64,000 nucleotides of DNA from Patescibacteria group bacterium (GTDB lineage Bacteria; Patescibacteriota; Microgenomatia; UBA1400; PJMF01), in contig JAHJTF010000020.1 of NCBI GenBank assembly GCA_018830045.1, forward strand, positions 4,667-68,666, read 5' to 3'. This document shows positions 10,930 through 17,953 of the stretch, in pieces. Numbering within the stretch: position 1 is the first letter of the stretch; each line of letters begins with the position of its first letter. The notes under the pieces are model-generated. The model did no database searches, had not been told where the DNA came from, and saw only the letters and a program-made list of their open reading frames with translations. The translations under genes and the position numbers were made by a program.

Positions 10930-12180
10930 ATGGCTGTTTCTGTAGAGCTCAAACGAGCATGGCGTGAATTTAGGAAAGAACACACAGCTCCTATTTACTC
11001 AAGAGAGGCGCAGTTAGCTATGGGAGATTGGGCCGGAGGATTGGCTCAAGGATTATTAAGTACTGAAGTCTTAGGATTTATTGGGAATAAAATAACTCAA
11101 TCGAATAAAAAATTATATAAGCGAATAGTCGAAAAACAAGGACAAGTGCGAATTGATGTTCAACGAGATGGTAACTTTCGAGTGAATCCACAAGCAATCA
11201 CAGATACAAGTCTTCCCAGATATCTTTTAAGAAAACCAGATGTAATCCCGTCGGTGATAAATGATCTAATCGTTTCACCTGAAGTCATAAAAGACACATT
11301 GGTTAAACAAGCAACAAGGATAACTTTTGGAGAAAAAACAGCACCTTCTGAAGTTACTTCAGATCAAATTGGAATGCTTGCGCAAGCCGTCTTGGGATTA
11401 GCTATTGAAGCCAAAATTAATCTAAGAGATTTGCAAACAGCAACGAGTAGTAACCCAGGAAAAAAACAAAGTTTAACAGAAAGCGTATTTAAAATTCCAT
11501 TTGATGAATTTTTTATTCCAGAAAAAGTAGTGAGCGGATGTCTTTTTGATGAAGAGAAAGGTGTTTATACCGACACTCGAGGAAGAGAACATCATTTAAC
11601 TATCAACAGCCAAGGAGAAACTTTTGTTTTAGTGAAAGGTGTAGGCGGGAGATATTATTTTAAAACAATTAATGGTCAAGATACCACCGTATTAAGAGAA
11701 ACAGCTTTAGGATTAGAACAAAAACTAATATCGAAAAGAGAATTTATTCATTTATCAAATATTAGAGAAAGAAGAGCACCAGAATCAAGATTAAATTCTT
11801 TAATGACAAATATGGGTGATTTTGTGTTTAACGTTTTTCAAACTGTAGCTAATGGAAGAAATAGAATAAATGTCATCAGAAGATTGACTCAGTTCCTTAC
11901 AGGTTCTAGAGAAATACGGATAACGCCTGATCATCGAGGACTATTTATGCATAAAGGACGAATAATAAAAACATTTACATATCCCCATATTGGACAATTA
12001 AATTGGTTGGAAGGTAATCAATATACTAATGAAAGTGAGACCCCCGTTGATGTATCAGGCATTGAATTAACAGTCACAGAAAATATTCTTACTCGTTTAA
12101 GAGATTTAATCTGGGAAATGCTTAACAAAAATGCTTCATCTGTAAAAGTGGGTGAAACATCACTATCCGCCGCAGATTAA
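10930..12180 (+). CDS. Hypothetical protein
   Basis: 416-aa ORF, no recognised motif, opposite to cassette orientation. Confidence 0.7.
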   Translation: MAVSVELKRAWREFRKEHTAPIYSREAQLAMGDWAGGLAQGLLSTEVLGFIGNKITQSNKKLYKRIVEKQGQVRIDVQRDGNFRVNPQAITDTSLPRYLLRKPDVIPSVINDLIVSPEVIKDTLVKQATRITFGEKTAPSEVTSDQIGMLAQAVLGLAIEAKINLRDLQTATSSNPGKKQSLTESVFKIPFDEFFIPEKVVSGCLFDEEKGVYTDTRGREHHLTINSQGETFVLVKGVGGRYYFKTINGQDTTVLRETALGLEQKLISKREFIHLSNIRERRAPESRLNSLMTNMGDFVFNVFQTVANGRNRINVIRRLTQFLTGSREIRITPDHRGLFMHKGRIIKTFTYPHIGQLNWLEGNQYTNESETPVDVSGIELTVTENILTRLRDLIWEMLNKNASSVKVGETSLSAAD

Positions 12181-12186
12181 TTCAAT

Positions 12187-12327
12187 TTATACAAAGTAAT
12201 TTTCCGGAAAGTATCGTGCCTTATTCAGCCGATTATGTACCTCCATGATTTGTAAAACATCTCGAATTGTGTGATACACAGAAAAGAAGATTAAAGAGAA
12301 AAAGACAAACCGTATAGTTTTTGACAT
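12187..12327 (-). CDS. 46-aa membrane peptide, probably a truncated cassette gene (not in ORF track)
   Basis: MSKTIRFVFFSLIFFSVYHTIRDVLQIMEVHNRLNKARYFPENYFV*; ATG 25 nt after the GTTAGAT core. Confidence 0.5.
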   Translation of the reverse strand: MSKTIRFVFFSLIFFSVYHTIRDVLQIMEVHNRLNKARYFPENYFV

Positions 12328-12346
12328 AATAGTTTTTTATTATTTC

Positions 12347-12445
12347 ATCTAACGTTTGCGTATATCTGATGTTTTGCGAAGCGTAGCGGAGCAAAATATG
12401 GGTGGAGGCTCTGCAAGAGCCGTAACCAGATATACGCTGTTAGCT
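12347..12445 (-). repeat. attC-like recombination site (99 bp)
   Basis: ATCTAAC...GTTAGCT ends; CGTATATCTG/CAGATATACG stem; two inner hairpins; same conserved blocks as 9223-9345. Confidence 0.85.
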
Positions 12446-12579
12446 TGATGTAATTCTTTTCTTTTTCCCGACAGCAGTCGGGGTTGTTTTAAAAATTTTC
12501 AAATTTCTTTTTCCGTTTTGGGCGAAGGGCAGAGGGGAATTAAAGGGGTGAATGCCCGAGCCCAAAACACCTTTGTCGT

Positions 12580-12834
12580 CTATTTTTTGATTTTGTTGAA
12601 CAATGCGGCAAACAACCAAACGGCAAGAATAGTCACGATGTTCCAGATAACTAAACCTGAAATAAAGTAACCGAAGTTAAGAAAATCTGACTTAAAAGAT
12701 ACATCGGTATGCAGGGAAAATCTCATAAATAGTTCTCTGCTTGGCGGGTAGATTGCTACGCCAGCAAAACAGATTGTATAAACAATGCTTACCCAAGCTG
12801 AAGCGACTTTTATCAAATGTTTTAAATTTATCAT
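12580..12834 (-). CDS. Small 2-TM membrane protein (DUF5676-like), partner of the copper ATPase
   Basis: Two hydrophobic helices, Y..C and H motifs, directly downstream of the P1B ATPase. Confidence 0.65.
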   Translation of the reverse strand: MINLKHLIKVASAWVSIVYTICFAGVAIYPPSRELFMRFSLHTDVSFKSDFLNFGYFISGLVIWNIVTILAVWLFAALFNKIKK

Positions 12835-12873
12835 ATTTTTTAAATTAATTAATTTAATTAAATTCGACCTTTA

Positions 12874-15054
12874 TTATTTTAGTGCTTTGTTTTTTAAAAG
12901 TACAGCATTGACGGCCACAATAATAGTACTTAAAGACATAAACACTGCCGCCAGTGCCGGTTGAAGCAGTATGCCTTTAAAAGCAAGCGCGCCGGCCGCG
13001 AGAGGCAAGGCGAAAATATTATATCCGGTTGCCCAAAAAAGATTTTGGATCATTTTTGAATAGGTCAGCTGGGACAACTTAATAATTTTAACAATATCCC
13101 GGGGATCATTTCTGACGAGAATGATCCCCGCTGACTCAATGGCAACATTGGTACCTGCGCCAATCGCGATGCCAAGGTCAGCCTGCGCCAAGGCCGGAGC
13201 GTCGTTAATGCCGTCACCGACCATCGCGACCCTTAAGCCCCGACCCTGCAATACCTTCACCTTTTCAGATTTTTCGTGAGGAAGTACCCTGGCAAAATAT
13301 TCATCGATGCCAAGCTCTTGGCTGACCCATTTTGCTACATCTTCGGAATCACCAGTAATCATCGTAGTTCGAATTCCGATATCCTTAAGTGCTTGTATTG
13401 CTTCACGGGACTCCTCCCTAATAATGTCGGCGAGAGCCAATGCTCCCAAAAGCACTTGATCTTTGACAATAAAAACGATTGTCTGTCCTTTTTTGCCGGC
13501 ACCCTGAACCTGTTTAGTAAGTTCAACGGGAATATTGATTCCTATACTTTCAAGAAGCGATGGGCCGCCCACCATAACCTCTTTTTCTTCAATAAACGCT
13601 TTTACTCCTTTGCCTTTCAATGCTTCAAACTTTTTTGGCTCCTTTAGAGAAAGTCCTTGTTCCTTAGCTTTCGCAACAATCGCTTTTGCAATTGGATGCT
13701 CCGACAGGGCATCGAGAGAAGCGGCTAATTCCAAAATTTCATCTTCAGTATGATTGCCGACACTCCACACCTCCACGACTCCGAATTCTCCCTTTGTAAG
13801 CGTTCCTGTTTTATCAAACAGCACCGTATCAATAGTACGAGCAGCTTCCAAAGCGATTCTCTGTTTTACAAGAAAACCATTCTGTGCCGCTTTTGTTGTA
13901 GAGATTGAAGCAACAAGAGGCACCGCAAGCCCCAACGCATGCGGGCAGGCGATTACAAGCACCGCTACAAGCCTTGCCACAGCAAAACTAATTTCCGCGC
14001 CAGTCGCAAGCCAAGCGATCAGAGTGATAATGCCACTTGTAACGGCGACGATAGTTAAATATAGGGCGGCTTTGTCTGAAAGAATTTGTAATCGTGATTT
14101 TGATGCTTGCGCTTCGGCAACTAATCGCATAACTCCAGCGAGAAAGGTTTTTTCGCCAATATTTGCAATGTTAATTTTAAGCGCTCCATCACCGTTTATG
14201 GTACCTGCAATGACAGAATCCCCGTCTTTTTTAGAAACCGGCTTTGATTCTCCGGTAACCATAGACTCGTTCACATTTGATTCGCCGTCTATTATTTTGC
14301 CGTCCGCCGGGATTTTGGCTCCGGGTCGTACGAGCACCACATCATTCTCACGAAGTTCAGAAAGAGGAATAGTTTCCGTTTTCCCATTGCGAATAATTTC
14401 GGCAGTATCGGGGAGCAATTTAGATAATTCTTTTAGCGCGCCTTGCGCGCCACTTACCGCGCGCATTTCAAGCCAGTGGCCGAGAAGCATAATGGTTATA
14501 AGTGTCGTAAGTTCCCAAAATAAGACTTCTTCACCGGCAAAAAACGCATAGATGCTCCAGAAATAAGCCGCTGAAATGGCAATACTTATAAGCGTCATCA
14601 TCCCGGGCAAGCGTGCTTGAATTTCTCGCCAAGCGCCAACGAGAAAAACCCAGCCGCCATAAAAAAATACAATTGAACCAAATATCAAGGGCATGTATGT
14701 TGATCCAGAAAATTCCGGCGGCGACCATTTAAAAATCTTTTCAATAACATCAGCGTACAATACCACGGGAATCGTGAGCATCAGACTTATCCAAAATTTT
14801 CTAAAAAACATTGCGGTGCTGTGGCCCGCGTGCCTGCCCGCCGTAGCTTTAGCGAAGGCTGGCCTACTTGCGGAATGATCATCATGAGGTGATTTTTTTG
14901 GGTCGCGCATAGAATGATCCATTTTCATTTCCATCCCCATCTCTTTTTTTATGAGAATGAGATTCATACCACATTCCGGACATATTCCAGGTTTATCCCA
15001 CTGTACCTCCGGATGCATAGGACAGGTGTAAAAATTTTTAATATTATTTGTCAT
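12874..15054 (-). CDS. Copper-translocating P1B-type ATPase (CPH, CopB-like) with N-terminal YTCPMHP and His/Met-rich domain
   Basis: TGES, CPHALGL, DKTGTLT, SEHP, GDGINDAPAL, YN, MSLS. Confidence 0.95.
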   Translation of the reverse strand: MTNNIKNFYTCPMHPEVQWDKPGICPECGMNLILIKKEMGMEMKMDHSMRDPKKSPHDDHSASRPAFAKATAGRHAGHSTAMFFRKFWISLMLTIPVVLYADVIEKIFKWSPPEFSGSTYMPLIFGSIVFFYGGWVFLVGAWREIQARLPGMMTLISIAISAAYFWSIYAFFAGEEVLFWELTTLITIMLLGHWLEMRAVSGAQGALKELSKLLPDTAEIIRNGKTETIPLSELRENDVVLVRPGAKIPADGKIIDGESNVNESMVTGESKPVSKKDGDSVIAGTINGDGALKINIANIGEKTFLAGVMRLVAEAQASKSRLQILSDKAALYLTIVAVTSGIITLIAWLATGAEISFAVARLVAVLVIACPHALGLAVPLVASISTTKAAQNGFLVKQRIALEAARTIDTVLFDKTGTLTKGEFGVVEVWSVGNHTEDEILELAASLDALSEHPIAKAIVAKAKEQGLSLKEPKKFEALKGKGVKAFIEEKEVMVGGPSLLESIGINIPVELTKQVQGAGKKGQTIVFIVKDQVLLGALALADIIREESREAIQALKDIGIRTTMITGDSEDVAKWVSQELGIDEYFARVLPHEKSEKVKVLQGRGLRVAMVGDGINDAPALAQADLGIAIGAGTNVAIESAGIILVRNDPRDIVKIIKLSQLTYSKMIQNLFWATGYNIFALPLAAGALAFKGILLQPALAAVFMSLSTIIVAVNAVLLKNKALK
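14833..14862. repeat. 30-bp REP-like palindrome in frame within the copper ATPase gene
   Basis: CCTGCCCGCC-GTA-GCT-TT-AGC-GAA-GGCTGG; encodes PAFAKATAGR within the His-rich linker. Confidence 0.6.
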
Positions 15055-15246
15055 AATTTTATAGTTTAATTGTTGTTATTGCGTCTGTTTTTCCCTTATA
15101 AATAAATCGTTTTCGTAGCCCCGCATCGGGTGCGGGGTAAACTTCGCGGAGAAAACTCCTTATATTCCCCTTTATAAAAAAGAAAAACAAAATCGTATTC
15201 TTTTTAAGAGCTGGGGCGATAGCCCCAAAAGGAAAACATGTATTTC

Positions 15247-15282
15247 AGCTAACTCCTTTTTATACGAATATTCTTCGTTATA
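15247..15282 (-). other. attI-like primary recombination site
   Basis: Minus strand TATA-AAAAGGA-GTTAGCT, same TATA-N7-GTTAG geometry as the 12347 site arm but without the partner arm; ~120-150 bp upstream of the integrase. Confidence 0.7.
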
Positions 15283-15400
15283 AAAACCAATTATTGTATT
15301 TTTTACGAAGTCTTGTTAAACTTGCACCCAAGTTATTGATCTCAAATTACAAATTATAGATATTATATTTTTACTCTTCACATTTTACCACAAACTCATC

Positions 15401-16219
15401 ATGAACATTCACAGCCAACTCACTTTAACCGAACAAGAATTACTGTTAAGAAATTATAGTTCTAAAACTATCTCCAGCTATTTATCTGCACTCAAAAAAT
15501 ACTTAGTCTTTAAACAAGCGCGACTTTATAAATTAGATCTGCAAAATATCAAAAAATTTCTTCTTCAAGCTCAAAAAAACCACCTTTCACCTCAAACTCG
15601 TAATTTGTATCTCAGTGTAATTAAATTTTATTATTATCAAGTCATCAAAAATACGCAAAAAATTGAGCTTAGATTTGCTAAAAAAGCCAGTAGTTTACCG
15701 GTGGTTCTTTCTAGAAATGAAGTTAAACAACTCCTGCAAAATACCCTTAACGTCAAGCATCGCTTAATGCTGGCGCTTAGTTATGGAGCTGGGTTGCGGG
15801 TGAGTGAAGCAATGAGCCTGCGGGTGAGAGATCTTGATCTTGATCAACTCACCATTCATCTCAAACAAGCCAAGGGCAGCAAAGATAGAATTACAGTTTT
15901 CCCTCAAAAATTATCTACTAAAATTCAAAACCTCATTGCTGGCAAAAATCATCATAATTTTGTTTTTGAGAGTGAACGCGGAGGTAAGCTCACCACGCGC
16001 ACCGCCCAACAAGTTTTTCAGCGCGCACGTCAAAAAGCCGGTATTAAAAAAAATGCCACCTTTCATAGCCTGCGTCACAGTTTTGCTACTCACTTATTAG
16101 AAAATGGTGTTGATGTGCGCTATGTCCAAGAACTGCTTGGCCATCAAAATATTCGCACCACCCAACGCTATACCCAAGTGACTAATCCGCAATTAAAAAA
16201 CATTATTAGTCCTCTATGA
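15401..16219 (+). CDS. Integron-integrase-like tyrosine recombinase lacking the IntI-specific insertion
   Basis: LRNYSSKTISSY N-terminal domain, LPVVLS..EV, YGAGLRVSE, KGSKDR, HSLRHSFATHLLE.G.D.R.VQELLGH..I.TT..Y, ISPL end; all catalytic R-K-H-R-H-Y present. Confidence 0.9.
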   Translation: MNIHSQLTLTEQELLLRNYSSKTISSYLSALKKYLVFKQARLYKLDLQNIKKFLLQAQKNHLSPQTRNLYLSVIKFYYYQVIKNTQKIELRFAKKASSLPVVLSRNEVKQLLQNTLNVKHRLMLALSYGAGLRVSEAMSLRVRDLDLDQLTIHLKQAKGSKDRITVFPQKLSTKIQNLIAGKNHHNFVFESERGGKLTTRTAQQVFQRARQKAGIKKNATFHSLRHSFATHLLENGVDVRYVQELLGHQNIRTTQRYTQVTNPQLKNIISPL

Positions 16220-17412
16220 AACCTCAAGCCACCATCGCTCGCTCTCATTTATCCCCCCTTATTCTCGCTATCGACACCTCTTGCGACGACACCTCGGCGG
16301 CAGTAACTAGTGGCATCACTGTATTGTCAAATATTATTGCCTCCCAATCCCAACTCCATACTCCTTATGGCGGGGTTTTCCCCACCGTAGCCAAGCAAGC
16401 TCATCAAGAAAACATTGATCAAACTATCAAATTAGCCCTTAAACGCGCTGGGGCAGCATCATTTGGCGCTGGGACAGCATCATCTGGTGCTAGGATTGCA
16501 TCATTTGGCGCTGAGGTGGGGTGGGAGCAGATCCAAGCTATCGCAGTCACCCAAGGCCCAGGATTAGCACCAGCTCTAGAAGTAGGAATTGCCAAAGCCA
16601 AACAACTCGCTCTTAAACATAACTTACCACTCATCGCTGTCAACCATATTGAAGCCCATGCGCTTTCTCCACTCGCAAAGGCCAAACAACGAACATCCAA
16701 ACCCATCACTCCCAGCCACCACTTCCCAGCCCTTGCCATCGTCGTTTCTGGCGGTCATACCGAGTTTATAAAAGTTTCTCAGATTGGTGAATATCAACGC
16801 CTCGGCGCTACTATTGATGATGCTGCCGGTGAGGTTTTAGATAAGGTTGGCCGTATGTTAAATTTAGGTTATCCTGCTGGTCCAATCATAGAAAAATTTG
16901 CCCAAAATGGGGACAGGAAAAAACACTTAATTCCGTTACCCATGACAGACCGAGAAGATTTTAATATGAGCTTTAGTGGACTCAAGACTTGGGCCCGAAA
17001 TAAACTAGAAGAACTTGAGACCCAAAACTCACTTGATAGGCAAGGTGTTTATGACTTTACTGCATCATTTCAATACGGGGTGTTTAGGCATATTTGCTAT
17101 AAATTGAACAAACTGCTAAAAAAGCATCAAGTTGTCGAAGTCTGGCTGGGTGGCGGAGTCGCAGCTAACATCCAACTTAGACGAATGATACGCGAAACAC
17201 TCACGACCCATAGTCATAACTTTCTTTTGCCCAAAATTCAACTCTTAACCCCCTACACTAAACGCCTCTGCATGGACAACGCGGCTATGATTGGAATTAC
17301 TGCTAGTTTTCAATTTCAACAGCAAAAATTTGTCAAAAACATCAATGACTTAGAACGCAAACCCCATTGGGAAGTATCCAGTTGGAAAATTGGCAAATGC
17401 CTTGAAAACTAG
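16216..17412 (+). CDS. tsaD: t6A biosynthesis protein TsaD
   Basis: ILAIDTSCDDT, YGGVFP, GPGL, NHIEAH, VSGGHT, DDAAGE, GGVAAN, DNAAMI; ATGA overlap with integrase stop. Confidence 0.97.
   Translation: MKPQATIARSHLSPLILAIDTSCDDTSAAVTSGITVLSNIIASQSQLHTPYGGVFPTVAKQAHQENIDQTIKLALKRAGAASFGAGTASSGARIASFGAEVGWEQIQAIAVTQGPGLAPALEVGIAKAKQLALKHNLPLIAVNHIEAHALSPLAKAKQRTSKPITPSHHFPALAIVVSGGHTEFIKVSQIGEYQRLGATIDDAAGEVLDKVGRMLNLGYPAGPIIEKFAQNGDRKKHLIPLPMTDREDFNMSFSGLKTWARNKLEELETQNSLDRQGVYDFTASFQYGVFRHICYKLNKLLKKHQVVEVWLGGGVAANIQLRRMIRETLTTHSHNFLLPKIQLLTPYTKRLCMDNAAMIGITASFQFQQQKFVKNINDLERKPHWEVSSWKIGKCLEN
16447..16512 (+). repeat. 21-bp x3 in-frame tandem repeat in tsaD
   Basis: AGAASFG-AGTASSG-ARIASFG. 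Confidence 0.85.
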
Positions 17413-17416
17413 GCAC

Positions 17417-17953
17417 CTAGTCTTCTTTAATTTTCCCCGCCACCCACCAATACAAGGCCCCTAAAACTAATATAGATAATGCAACTAGCCACACAATTAT
17501 TCTGGAAACTAACAGCATTCGACTCCCTAGTCCCGATACTAAAGCCCAGGTTAAAATTACCGCTAGCAACCAGGCTAAAACTGCTGAAAATCTTAAGGCT
17601 GGTACAGTTAACTGTCTCTTTTTGAGTAGATGATCGGTCTGCCAAGAAGCAAACCAAACCAAACCAAACCCCATGACAATATAAATCCAGTGAGATAATA
17701 CCTCATGGCCAAAAAAAACGCGATTAAAAAAATCTGGCACCAGAATTAAGGTCACGCCTAAGACCCAATGAAGCACATTGTCAATTTTTATAACTTCCCA
17801 TGTCCGTTCCTGAACTTGGGAGAAAGTTATCCTCTCGAGAATTTTTTCATTACTAAATCGGGCAGGCTTGTCAAATCGGGCAGGCTCCGCTTTCACACCT
17901 GAGGTGTTCATAGTCAATATCCTCCATAATGGTCTCATCCTTTTCAATCTCAT
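17417..17953 (-). CDS. Hypothetical 4-TM membrane protein (true start likely downstream of 17870)
   Basis: Four hydrophobic segments in the 3' ~125 codons; the listed 5' part overlaps the RNR gene. Confidence 0.55.
   Translation of the reverse strand: MRLKRMRPLWRILTMNTSGVKAEPARFDKPARFSNEKILERITFSQVQERTWEVIKIDNVLHWVLGVTLILVPDFFNRVFFGHEVLSHWIYIVMGFGLVWFASWQTDHLLKKRQLTVPALRFSAVLAWLLAVILTWALVSGLGSRMLLVSRIIVWLVALSILVLGALYWWVAGKIKED

Noticed and set aside
9223-12445. att-like palindromes as rho-independent terminators
   Set aside because: No U-tracts; conserved AAC/GTT ends, branched interiors and a matching half-site by the integrase argue for recombination sites.
15261-15282. LexA (SOS) box upstream of the integrase (CGAATATTCTTCG)
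   Set aside because: It fits neither CTGT-N8-ACAG nor CGAAC-N4-GTTCG in sequence or spacing, and is better explained as part of the attI-like site.
15401-16219. Prophage integrase or housekeeping XerC/D
   Set aside because: No phage genes or attL/attR pair seen; the motifs and adjacent repeat array fit an integron-like role better, though phylogeny is needed.
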